A stretch of DNA of 64,000 nt from Spirochaetia bacterium. GTDB taxonomy: Bacteria; Spirochaetota; Spirochaetia; SZUA-6; Bin103. Location: NCBI GenBank assembly GCA_965198005.1, contig CBDAOI010000003.1, positions 960,001 through 1,024,000 of the forward strand. Direction: 5' to 3'. Position numbers and translations under genes: made by a program. Shown here piece by piece: positions 1-10,075 of this stretch (position 1 is the first letter of the stretch; every line of letters starts with the position of its first letter). The notes under the pieces are model-generated. The model was not told the origin of the DNA. It made no database searches and saw only the letters and a list, made by a program, of their open reading frames with translations.

Positions 1-71
1 ATGTCGACGGCGTCGCTCGATCGTCTCTGTTGCCCGGGTTCGAAATCGCCGTGGGAAGCCTGTTCCTGTGA
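1..71 (+). CDS. 3' end of probable Uma2-family endonuclease (runs in from window edge)
   Basis: Frame 3 reads VDGVARSSLLPGFEIAVGSLFL*, like typical Uma2 C-termini and like the Uma2 fragment at 13540-13815. Confidence 0.45.
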   Translation, partial: VDGVARSSLLPGFEIAVGSLFL

Positions 72-168
72 CCGTGGGCCGTCACCGGGATCATCTGCGA
101 TCGTTGCAGGTCGAGCGAGAGCTCTACGCGGGCATTATCGGTGGCTTGCGGCTCGACGGGGTGCTCTG

Positions 169-1479
169 ATGCTCCATGTCGACGACGCTCACGACCGTGC
201 AGAGACGATCCTCAAGGACTTCCTGTCAGACAAGCCGCGATCGTGGCGCATCCTGTTGATAAAGGACCTGTTTGCCCGGCTCCGGGTCGTGCTGTGGTGC
301 CCGAAGGCGCATTGGGAGGCGGCATGTGAAGAGCTCGATCAAGGTCTCCGGGGTGAAGCGTCCGCGTATTGGTCTCGTGACGTGCTTCGTGGCTCCCGCA
401 AGAACGAAGCGCCCGACGGCGAATGGCAGGATGAGGCATGGCAACAAGGCATTCCCATCGCCGGCACCGACGGGTTGCGCGTCATGGAACGACAACGCAC
501 CAAGGAGGGCTGGTTCGAAGCACCTGCGGTACCCCCCTGGAGCGCGGCAAGGGGCAGGCCAACCATCACTTCCTTCTACTCCTTCAAGGGTGGAGTAGGA
601 CGGTCGACGGCGCTGGCTGCCACGGCCCTGCACTTGGCTGCCGCCGGGGAGCGGGTCGTGGTCCTCGATGTCGATCTCGACGCTCCGGGAGTGGGTTTCC
701 TGTTGAGCGCGCACGATGGTGCGACCGCACCTTGGGGGGTCGTCGACTATCTGATCGAGCAGCCTCTCCTGGCCGGAAACGACGTGCTCGACTTGAGCGA
801 CTATTTTCATCGTTGTCCGCCCTCGCTGTTCTCCGGAACCGGAGAGATCATGGTGTTCCCGGCAGGGACGACCGATAGCCGGTACGTCGGGAAGCTGGCG
901 CGGCTCGACTATACAACGCTCCACCGCGGCCAGACCCATCCGTTCGTCCTGCTGCTTGAGCAGATTCGCCGAGAGCTTGGACCGGACTGGATCCTCATTG
1001 ACGCTCGGGCCGGCCTTGCGAACGTATCGGGGTTCGTGATGGGAGGTCTGTGCCACGTGCACGTGGTGGTAGGAACGCTAGCGGAAGCGAGTTGGCGGGG
1101 GCTGGCGATGATACTGGAACGACTCGGAGCCGACCGGGTACGCGCACAGAAACCGCAAGCAGAGTGTGTCTTGGTCGCAGCCATGGTGCCACGCTCTCAG
1201 GAACGCCAATACCAGGAGTCGGTGACCTGGTTTACCGACCGTGCTCGGGACGTGTTCAGCGCCCGTTATTACGCCGCACCGGAGCAGGGCGACCAATTCT
1301 GGACGGTCGACGACGTGGAGAGTAGCGATGCACCGCACGTTCCCGTCCCCCTGTCATACGATGAGCGTCTTGTGTTATTTCGTGATCTGGACGAGGTTGC
1401 GAAGGATGTCCTGCTGGAAGGTGAGCCCTACCGCAGGCTCGCCGAGCGCGTGCGGACCAGCCAGGCGCGTGTGCGGTAG
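169..1479 (+). CDS. ParA/MinD-like ATPase with KGGVGR variant Walker A and extra N-terminal domain
   Basis: SFYSFKGGVGRST deviant Walker A, VVVLDVDLDAPG, GVVDYL, ILIDARAG motifs. ATG at 169 overlaps an upstream TGA (TGATG). Confidence 0.82.
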   Translation: MLHVDDAHDRAETILKDFLSDKPRSWRILLIKDLFARLRVVLWCPKAHWEAACEELDQGLRGEASAYWSRDVLRGSRKNEAPDGEWQDEAWQQGIPIAGTDGLRVMERQRTKEGWFEAPAVPPWSAARGRPTITSFYSFKGGVGRSTALAATALHLAAAGERVVVLDVDLDAPGVGFLLSAHDGATAPWGVVDYLIEQPLLAGNDVLDLSDYFHRCPPSLFSGTGEIMVFPAGTTDSRYVGKLARLDYTTLHRGQTHPFVLLLEQIRRELGPDWILIDARAGLANVSGFVMGGLCHVHVVVGTLAEASWRGLAMILERLGADRVRAQKPQAECVLVAAMVPRSQERQYQESVTWFTDRARDVFSARYYAAPEQGDQFWTVDDVESSDAPHVPVPLSYDERLVLFRDLDEVAKDVLLEGEPYRRLAERVRTSQARVR

Positions 1480-2856
1480 GTGACCCAGGTGAGGAAACGG
1501 CTCACCAAACAAGATGGCGTAGAGCTGCGTGCTCAGATCAGCAACCTTGGCTACGGCCAGGCGGAGGCTGAGTCCCGGAGTCTGTTCGCACGACGCCTGC
1601 ACCCGGTCTCGGAACACCTCAGAGCCCTTGATCCCAACGTGGTACTCGTCGTCGGTCCGCGCGGTTCCGGGAAGAGCGAACTGTTCAGTGCATTCTTCTC
1701 CGAGCATGACGATCTGGGAGATGCCATAATGCGCTATGCACCGGGATCGGCAGGATTCCAGATAAGGTCGTCCTCCACCAAGTGTGATTCCAGGAGGCGT
1801 CTGGCCCCGTTGGTACGTCCGGGGGCCGCCGATCTAGGCGCGGTTCTCAAGGCCGAACGAGAACTCACCATAAATCCCACTGCTGCCCTGGACATACTCG
1901 AAAAGCGCCTGGAAGAGGCAGGCAATTGGATCTTCGTCGGCTATGACGAACTCGACATCCTGGGAGGATTCGACTGGCAACTGATGGCCCGTCTGGTGCG
2001 TGGCCTGGTTGCTTTCTGGTCGGACTACAGCCGACGATGGCGGCGAATCAGGGCCAAAGTATTTCTGCGGTCCGACCTGTTTCGCCGTCATGCCAATATG
2101 GGCACGGCAGACTTCGCAAAGCTGGCTGCCACTCGAGCCGAACTCGCATGGTCTGACACTGCGTTACTCGGTATGCTCGTAAAACGCATCGCCAATACTT
2201 CGGAGTCTCTCGCCGGTTACTGTCGCGGCGCACGGCTCTCGTTTGAACGAGATAGCACTCTCGGATTGCTGCCGAAAATCGAACGACCCGAGATTGCGTA
2301 CGCCTTGCTGGAGCGGTTCTCGGGCGAGTACATGGGGGCGGAAAGAAAAAAGGGATACGTACGCAACTGGGTACTTGATCACCTGCGGGACGGAAACGGA
2401 CAGGTGTCGCCTCGTACGCTGGTAAGACTGTTCGAGCAGGCAGCTCTGAAAGAAGCTCCGAACCGTACGCTGTCGCCTCCCAGGCTGCTCCATCCGGCTG
2501 CGTTGCGACAGGCTCTCGACGATGTGTCTCAGGATCACGTGACGCAAGCGATCAGTAGCGAGTGGCCATGGCTGGAGGGGGTGCGGGAGCGAATCAGCAA
2601 GCAGCGCCTGGTTCCCTGGTCGCGTCGCGAAATCATCGCCATGCTTGGCGCGGACTGGGACCGGCCCTGGGCATCGAGTCAAAGCGGGGACATTCGCCCT
2701 CCGGAGGAACGCCCGGGGCGGCTCGTGGACTACCTGGTCGAGCTTGGAGTCTTTCGCAACCGACCGGGCGACCGGATTGACGTACCGGACCTGTACCTGC
2801 GCGGCCTGGATCTTCGACGTAAAGGTGGTGTATCGCGCCGCGCAGCCGTTTCGTAG
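1480..2856 (+). CDS. P-loop ATPase (STAND-like, Sll1717-type), possibly with an internal deletion
   Basis: Walker A VVGPRGSGKS, Walker B FVGYDELD, KVFLRSDLF, VSPRTL, C-terminal YLVELGV..VPDLY..RKGG. GTG start directly follows the upstream stop. Confidence 0.72.
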   Translation: MTQVRKRLTKQDGVELRAQISNLGYGQAEAESRSLFARRLHPVSEHLRALDPNVVLVVGPRGSGKSELFSAFFSEHDDLGDAIMRYAPGSAGFQIRSSSTKCDSRRRLAPLVRPGAADLGAVLKAERELTINPTAALDILEKRLEEAGNWIFVGYDELDILGGFDWQLMARLVRGLVAFWSDYSRRWRRIRAKVFLRSDLFRRHANMGTADFAKLAATRAELAWSDTALLGMLVKRIANTSESLAGYCRGARLSFERDSTLGLLPKIERPEIAYALLERFSGEYMGAERKKGYVRNWVLDHLRDGNGQVSPRTLVRLFEQAALKEAPNRTLSPPRLLHPAALRQALDDVSQDHVTQAISSEWPWLEGVRERISKQRLVPWSRREIIAMLGADWDRPWASSQSGDIRPPEERPGRLVDYLVELGVFRNRPGDRIDVPDLYLRGLDLRRKGGVSRRAAVS

Positions 2857-2894
2857 CGGTCCCGGAGTCACGGTGTAAGGGGCGTCGGCGTACA

Positions 2895-3130
2895 TCACGT
2901 CCATCGTCACCGGCGCCTGCGGCGGTATCGGTGAAGCGATCGCGCGCGCCTTCGCCGGCGCCGGAGCGGCGGTCGCGCTGGCCGACATCCGCGCCGCGGA
3001 GCTGGCACACCTGGCCATGGCGAGCGGATGCGGGGCGCACGCTGCGGAACCAGGTGGCGGTCGTCACCAGCGCCGCGGGCGCGATCGGGCGAGCCGTCGC
3101 CGGGCTGTTCGTCGCCGCCGGCATCCTGGT
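2895..3130 (+). pseudogene. two N-terminal fragments of SDR oxidoreductases
   Basis: IVTGACGGIGEAIARAFAGAGAAVALADI and LRNQVAVVTSAAGAIGRAVA Rossmann starts, without the rest of the gene. Confidence 0.55.
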
Positions 3131-3189
3131 GGTTCTGAGCGCCTGGGCAGCGCGGCGCTGCACGCGCTGGCGGCCGAGCTGGCTCACGG

Positions 3190-3571
3190 CCGATTTCACG
3201 CGGGCGTGGGGGACGTCGGGACTGGCAGGATCGACCGTCAGTTGCCGGCGGCCGGGGTTCACCACCAAGTCCATGTCCTCCATGGGAACCGACCCCAGCA
3301 ACACCTCGTCACCGATCACCAACGCGCCGACGTAACAGAACCGCTTGCCGAAGGCGACTCTCACCGGGCCTACATAGGGCACGGTCGCGGTACGGCCGTC
3401 GGCCACCGACACTTCTCGCACCGATTCGGTCTCCAGGTCGAGCTGGCGGGCGACATGCTCCGGGATGCACAGCATCAGCGCCCCGGTGTCGACCAGCGCG
3501 TTCACCCGCACCGGCACGAAGTCGGTACGCCGCGGATTGCTCAGCTCCAGTTCAGCAAATATGTGGCCCAT
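3190..3571 (-). CDS. clan AA (retropepsin-like) aspartic protease; natural stop apparently lost
   Basis: ALVDTGA catalytic motif, VADG flap, VLLGSVPMEDMDLVVNP. The ORF reads through into unrelated sequence after PHARVK. Confidence 0.8.
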
Positions 3572-3672
3572 GAACGTTCCCGACTCACCACTGTGTCACG
3601 TTAGCCCAGTCACATTCGCGCATCGACGGCCGTCCGGTCAACCCGGCATCTCGGGCATCGCTGCCCGCCACC

Positions 3673-3775
3673 AACGTGCGGCGCGCATGGTGTGCGCGTT
3701 GGAACTGATTCGAAGGGGGAATGCAGCACGGTACGGCGAGGCTCCCATCGACATCGGCATCTGGGTCGGCCGCGA
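3673..3775 (+). repeat. exact 103-bp direct copy of 9027-9129 (internal part of the DrmA-like helicase gene)
   Basis: aacgtgcggcgcgcatgg...ctgggtcggccgcga is identical at both places. Confidence 0.95.
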
Positions 3776-3778
3776 CAG

Positions 3779-4002
3779 ATGTACTACTATCCGAACCCTG
3801 CGCACAAGACGGAAACGACCGAAGCCGGGCCACCAAGATGGCGTCCTGACAAGGAGCCTTGCCCGAGAATGACGCCGCGGGAGCGAACTACGCTGTTGCA
3901 GGAGTCGGATGATGTCGAATATCACGGCTATCCCACACGCCAGGTACCCGGAAGCGGATCACCAACGCCGAATATCGCAACCTGCTGAAGCGGCTCGGCT
4001 GA
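3779..4002 (+). pseudogene. small HGYP-motif protein (putative nuclease toxin), apparently deleted/frameshifted
   Basis: MYYYPNPAHKTETTEAGPPRWRPDKEPCP..LLQESDDVEYHGYPTRQVP. A plausible C-terminus RITNAEYRNLLKRLG* lies in another frame and ends 2 nt before the next ATG. Confidence 0.45.
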
Positions 4003-4004
4003 CG

Positions 4005-7000
4005 ATGTTGATCGGCAACCGCAACGACCTGGCCTTCGAGATTCTTCCGCTCACGCCGACCTGGGAGCGCCGCTATCTCCCCGAGCGGTCGGCGTGGGCG
4101 CAACTGGCAATCTGGGTGCGCGGTACGAACCTGTGTGAGAACCTCCTGGACGGGTCGCAGTCCGTTCGAGCGGGCGTCAACGTACCGCTGGCTCCCGTGG
4201 TGGATTGGTTGGTGCGGTCCTGGACGTTCATCGAGTTCGAGGAGGGGCCCGGATGCTTTCCGCTTCGCAATTCGTTGCGCGAAACCCGGCGCGACTGGGG
4301 CAATACCGCTCCGCGGGTGGAATTCACGGAAGACCAGTGGTTCGATGCCCGCGAGCTGTGGTGGACGCGACACTTCCTGGCCGCCGGAGCGGAGGGCGCC
4401 CGGTTGCCGAACGTCTCCCTGATCCGCGCCGGCGATCATCTGGTCATCGAATGGGGGCCGGCCGAGTTCCCCGGCGATCATGCACCCCGATTCATCTCCG
4501 AGAACGGCCAGGAAGTGGTCCATTGGCCCACCGGTGAGGAAGTCTTCGCCGAGTTCGCGGCGTTCGTCGCCGAGTCGCTCCGGGAGGAGGGTCTGGGTGC
4601 GAGCGCCAGGCTAACTGGCATATGACAGAGGGTGAAAGTCCCTTGGAACGAAGGAGCAGCCAATCCACGTTTCTCCGCGAGCCGTGCGTTGGCACCTGCG
4701 AGGGTGCAGGCGAAGCGTCGGCAGCGGTGCGTGCGGGCAGAGTTATGGAGCGCCGCAAAATACGACATCTGGAGTGCCGAGATTCTGTACTCGGTCGAAG
4801 GCAACACCGGTCGAGCCAGTATGGTGAGGACCGACCGGGCTCCACGGCGTCGAAGAACTCAGGCACGTGCGTACGTCATATACCGGGACCTGGGAGGTCT
4901 TCGGGTCGTCCCGGCGGGTCGTCGCCGGGACCGCGGAGGGAAGGCGTGAGGCTGGACCGAAGATGAACGACCCGAAGAAGTCGGACATGGGCATAGTAGC
5001 GGCGAAGCCGGCGAACAAGGGAGCGCAAGCGACTGCGGAGACGGTGGAGCGAAGGCCCATGACCAACGGGAATTCGCAAGGTCAAAGCACGGGCCGGACG
5101 CAGAGTCGGGCAACCGTGACACAGGCGGCCGAGCGGATACGGCAATTCGTAAAGAGAGAACCGCAGGAGAAACTCACTGCGCTGCTGCACCACGTGACGC
5201 CGGAAGCGCTGCGGGTGGCCTATTACGCGCTGAAGCGTGAAGCGGCCCCGGGGGTGGACGGGATGACGTGGCGGGAGTACGAGACGGGGTTGGAAGTGCG
5301 TTTGCACGACCTGCACCGGAGAGTACACACAGGAGCGTACCGAGCGACCCCGGTACGGCGGGTCAACATCGACAAGCCGGACGGAGGCACACGACCGCTG
5401 GGGGTGGCCGCGCTGGAGGACAAGATCGTCCAGAAGGCCGTGGTGGATGTGATCCTGACACCGATCTATGAGGAGGAATTTCTCGGGATCAGCTATGGGT
5501 TTCGACCGGGGCGCGGGGCACACGATGCGTTGGACGCACTGGCCTACGCCATCGAACGGCGCGAAGTGAACTGGATATTGGACGCGGACATTCGCGCCTA
5601 CTTCGACACGATCTCGCGGGACTGGTTGATCAGATTCCTGGAGCATCGGATTGGAGATCGGCGGGTGCTGCGGCTGATAAAGAAGTGGCTGCGCGCTGGG
5701 GTACTGGAAGAAGGCCGACAGATCGACGCGGGGCGGGGTACAGCGCAAGGGTCGGTGATTTCACCGATGCTCGCGAATATCTATCTGCACTACGTGTTGG
5801 ACCTGTGGGTCACCAAGAAGTGGCGGCCGCAGGAGGCGCGTGGAGACATGATCATAGTGCGCTACGCAGATGACTATGTCGCCGGGTTCGAGCATCGTGA
5901 CGATGCGGAACGCTTCCTGCGGGAACTGAAGGAGCGATTCAGAGGCTTCGAGCTGGAACTGAACGCCGACAAGACCCGACTCCTCGAGTTTGGACGGTAT
6001 GCCGAAAGGAACCGCCGAGCACGTGGGGAAGGGCGACCGGAGACGTTCGACTTTCTGGGTTTCACGCATTATTGCAGGAAGGACAGGAAAGGACGCTTCG
6101 GGCTGGGGCGGAAGCCAATTCGGAAGCGGATGAATCGTACGCTGAAGAGGATCAAGATCGAACTCCGCAGACGCATGCATGATGACGTGATGGAAACCGG
6201 GCGCTGGCTGGGACGGGTACTGCGCGGATGGCTCAACTACTACGCGGTACCCACCAGCTACCGCTACCTGCACCGATTCGTGTGGCGTCTGCGAGGAATC
6301 TGGGTAAAGATTCTACGCCGGAGGTCCCAGAAGGACCGATTCTCCTGGGCTTGGATGCTGGCGATCAGCATCGAGCTGTGGCCCCAACCCCGAATCGTAC
6401 ACCCATGGCCGGACCGGCGATTTGCCGTCAACCACCGAAGGTAGGAGCCGGATGGTTTAACGACCACGTCCGGATCTGTGCGGGGGGCGTCGGGTAACCG
6501 GCGTTCCTACCGCGCCCGCCAATTCGTGGGTGAGCCTGCAGGACCCGCTGCACGAACGCGAAGCGCGTTTCGACGAGAAACTGCGTGCCTACACCGGAAT
6601 CGACCCGCGGATGCTGTACGCGTGGACCGATGCGAGCACGGAGGTCGGCCTGCGTGAGCGGCTCGGGATCCCTCCAGGCTGCGAGGATCCGGGCAGTAGC
6701 GTCATCACCCAGGTGCTACGGGATCTGCCACCGGACGCTCCTGAATCGGTGCGTCGTGAGGTCTGGCGACTCGATGGGGCGACCCACAGGGTGACGAATT
6801 TCGCCGACGAGTTGCGAAGGATGGCACGTGATGCAGCGGGAAGCGGCGGTCATGCGGAGGCGTCAGGGCAGCAGGCTGCCAGCGCGGTTCGGGATCATCT
6901 CGGTCGGGATGGAATCCCGATCGACGACGTAGAAGAACAGCTCAGGGAACTCGGAACGGAAGTGATCTATCCCGGCGCGGAATGCCTCCAGGAGAGGATG

Positions 7001-7408
7001 CTGGTCGGCTCCCGACAGGGACTCGGCGCGGCCGTCGTCATCAACCGGACGCCGCGCACCGAAACGCCGTGGGGCCGCCGATTCGAGTCGGCCCGCGCCT
7101 TGGGCCACCTGCTCATGGATTCCTATCGTGAAGATGCGCTCGGAGCTGCTTCGACCACCTTCGCGCGGCCTTGGCCGAGACGACGTGCCGGGGCCTTCGC
7201 GGCCGAGTTGCTGCTGCCGAGGGAGGCGCTGCTCGAAGCTGCCGGGCACCTCGATTCGGCCGCCCACCCGGCGACTTTCGAGCGGATTATGAGCAGGTAC
7301 CGGGTCGGTGCCAGAACTACCGCCTTTCAGCTCTGGAATCACGGTTTGCTCTCGAGCAGCCAGGTCCGCGACGAGCTGATCGACTGTTTCTCCAGTGTGG
7401 AAGGATAG
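4005..7408 (+). CDS. ImmA/IrrE-like protein with N-terminal extension, split by a group II intron (exons 4005-4600 and 6517-7408; 495 aa if spliced)
   Basis: Removing the intron restores the frame (..EEGLGA|ANSWVSLQDP..). The C-terminal half has RRFESARALGHLL and AGAFAAELLLP, the IrrE/ImmA pattern with a degenerate HExxH. Confidence 0.72.
4601..6516 (+). mobile_element. group II intron, apparently complete (IIB-like; bacterial class E-type by RT N-terminus)
   Basis: RT ORF inside. Domain V gagccggatgg..ccacgtccggatc at 6445-6476. Domain VI hairpin with bulged A at 6509. The 5' segment aligns with the second intron's 5' end. Alternative 5' end GTGCG at 4597. Confidence 0.9.
4963..6444 (+). 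CDS. ltrA: group II intron reverse transcriptase/maturase (no endonuclease domain)
   Basis: APGVDG, RPLG..EDKIVQ, SYGFRPGR, DADIRAYFD, QGSVISPMLANIYLH, RYADD, FDFLGF, GWLNYY. Confidence 0.95.
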   Translation: MNDPKKSDMGIVAAKPANKGAQATAETVERRPMTNGNSQGQSTGRTQSRATVTQAAERIRQFVKREPQEKLTALLHHVTPEALRVAYYALKREAAPGVDGMTWREYETGLEVRLHDLHRRVHTGAYRATPVRRVNIDKPDGGTRPLGVAALEDKIVQKAVVDVILTPIYEEEFLGISYGFRPGRGAHDALDALAYAIERREVNWILDADIRAYFDTISRDWLIRFLEHRIGDRRVLRLIKKWLRAGVLEEGRQIDAGRGTAQGSVISPMLANIYLHYVLDLWVTKKWRPQEARGDMIIVRYADDYVAGFEHRDDAERFLRELKERFRGFELELNADKTRLLEFGRYAERNRRARGEGRPETFDFLGFTHYCRKDRKGRFGLGRKPIRKRMNRTLKRIKIELRRRMHDDVMETGRWLGRVLRGWLNYYAVPTSYRYLHRFVWRLRGIWVKILRRRSQKDRFSWAWMLAISIELWPQPRIVHPWPDRRFAVNHRR

Positions 7409-7591
7409 GCGCCTCGGCAGAGTCGTCGCCCCGTGCTTCGCTTACCCGAACCGCCACGACGGCGTCAGCGACAGGACGACTGGCGCGTGCGTTTCGGACG
7501 CGGAACACGGCAACCGGCCGGCTTACGCCGATCTCACGCTACGAAATCTCCGGGAGCATCCACCCCCGGTGCTCACGCCACCGCTCACGTC

Positions 7592-10075
7592 GTGAATTAC
7601 GTCGAAGACAGGAACGCTCTCGTCGCGTGGTTGCGCCGCCAACTCATGGGGCCGGCCGGCGAGGAGAGCTTGTCAATGTCCCCGCGGGATCGATATCCGA
7701 CGGGAGTGCTGCATCCCATCGAACATGGTCGTTCCGGCATGGACCCGGCTTTCGCGGGGACCGACGAATCCGAAGAAGCCCTCCTCGACGACCAGGATGA
7801 CACGGCGCCCTCGGACGGCGAGCCGGACGAGCAACCGGTTGCCCAACCGGCCCGCCGGCGCCGCTACGTCCCGCCGTCCTCGGTAGGCTTCTCGTTCTTC
7901 GTTCGGGGCAATGTTTGTCTCTCCATCGTGCCATCCGCCGCCGTCTACCATGATCGCAACCACGAGCGTGACGAGCGGGGCCGATTTCTTCGCCCGCTGT
8001 ACGAGCGGTCCGAGCTTCCGGAGTGCTCCGTGGCCTGGTCGGCGTCCGCTGCTGCAAGCTACGAGACCAGCGATCGAATCTGGGAAGGGCGCGCCAGCAT
8101 AGACACTCGCGCCCGGCCACATCAAGGTGGCCTCGTCTTGACGGTCACCCTGTCGAACCGGGGGGAACTCGACGCGAATGCTTCGGGTCGCGACAGAACA
8201 CGCGACCGGGTGGAGAAGGCACTGTTCGAGGCTCGCCTGGAATGTGTGATCGAGAGCGGCGAGCTTGTCGACTACCCACGAGTCGATCCGAGTCTGCTCA
8301 CCGAGGAGGAGCAGGAGCTTGAGCTTCAGCACCGGCAACAACGAATCTACGCCATCGGTCACGGCGCTGCGGTAGACTGGGAGCTCAAACGTGGCCAACC
8401 AGCGCGGATCTGGTCCGACTTCATGCCCGAGGCTGAAGTGCCGTTGATCACCGTCCAAACGCTCGGAGAAGAGGGTGTCCTCTCCCTCGCCCGGCTCGCC
8501 GCGGCGCCGATACCGGATGAGCTCGAGCGCTTTGTCGACCGATACGCCGACTGGGTTGCCGAGCAGATTCGCGTCGCGTCGGCGTTCCCGAACCGGAGGG
8601 AACGGGCTGCCGCGAACCGTATCTGCGGCAGGATGGGCATTGCCTTCGAACGGATGCGCGCGTGCATCGAGATGTTGCGCACGGACGCGCTCGCCCAAGA
8701 GGCGTTTCGGTTGGCGAACCGCGCCATGCTGGATCAGATGCGCCAGGCAGACCGGGTGGCCGGCCGGGACACCGGCGCCTACCACTGGCGTCCGTTTCAG
8801 TTGGCATTCCTGCTGACGACCATGGAGTCCGTGATCCGGGAACAAGACGCGTTTCGCGAGGTGCTGGACCTCATCTGGTTTCCCACTGGTGGCGGCAAGA
8901 CCGAAGCCTACCTTGGCCTCATCGCGTTTCTCATCGTATGGCGCCGCCTGAGGCATCCCTCTTCGGGAGGAGGGACTTGCGCCTTCATGCGTTACACGTT
9001 GCGACTGCTTACCCGCCAGCAGTTCGAACGTGCGGCGCGCATGGTGTGCGCGTTGGAACTGATTCGAAGGGGGAATGCAGCACGGTACGGCGAGGCTCCC
9101 ATCGACATCGGCATCTGGGTCGGCCGCGAGTTCAGCCCCAACACGTTCGTTCAGGCTCGGGAACTGGTGGACGAGATCAGGGATGGCAGGCCAGAAGCGC
9201 GCCACAAGCTTCTCCTGGAACGTTGTCCATGGTGCGGCACCTTGTTCGACGTTGAGCGCGGCTACCATGCGTCGAGAGATGACTTCAGTTTTCAGTGCGT
9301 GGACCGGGAGTGCGCATTCGGCATCGATTCCCGCCCGCTGCCCTGCAACGTCGTGGACGAAGCCCTCTATCGACGCCCGCCTTCTCTGCTGGTCGGAACC
9401 ATCGACAAGTTTGCGCGTCTCGCTTGGGAGGAACGGGCCGGCGCGTTCTTCGGTGTCGGCAACGGCTCGCGTCCGCCCGAGCTGGTGATCCAGGACGAGT
9501 TGCATCTGATCACGGGGCCGCTCGGTTCGGTCGCGGGACTGTACGAAGCGGGTCTCGAAACGCTGCTGGTCCAGCGCGGTGTTCGTCCCAAGTACGTCGC
9601 CTCCACCGCCACCATCCGGATGGCGGAGCAGCAGGTCCGGCGCCTGTATGCGCGCGAGCTTGCCGTGTTCCCACCGCCGGGACTGTCACACGACGATTCG
9701 TACTTCGCCCGCGCGGACCGGGAGCATCCGGGGCGGCTCTATGTCGGCTACCTGTCGCCGATGCTCGATCAACAGCGTTGCCTCGCGCCGCTCGCCGCAG
9801 CGTTGCTGGCTGCCCCGCTAACAGTGTTCGACGGGCATCCCGACCGGGACGCGTTGCTCGATGCGTGGTGGACCCAGGTGATCTACCACGGCAGCCTCAA
9901 AGGAGTGGGCAACAGCCACAACGCGTTCATGACTGACGTGCGCGATTTCGGGCGGTGGCTCACCGGCGGGGGTGAGGAACAGCGAGACAACGAGCATCAA
10001 CCGGACGGCACGGCAGGGCGGTTCCAGCACGTACGCATCGCTCAGCTCACGAGTCGGCGGCCTGCCGAGGAGAAT
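7592..10075 (+). pseudogene. DrmA-like (DISARM-type) SF2 helicase, C-terminally truncated
   Basis: YAIGHG, WRPFQLAFLL, WFPTGGGKTEAYLGL, MRYTLRLLTRQQFERA, CPWCG, GTIDKFA, IQDELHLITGPLG, ASTATIR. It breaks at ~10075 into the convergent dppC sequence before the helicase-C domain. Confidence 0.85.

Noticed and set aside
2633-3189. C-terminal extension of the aspartic protease
   Set aside because: It reads antisense through SDR fragments and the ATPase 3' end; read-through after a lost stop.
3673-9129. Diversity-generating retroelement (RT plus 103-bp repeat pair)
   Set aside because: The repeat is exact, with no adenine-specific changes, and the RT is a group II intron maturase followed by domains V/VI.
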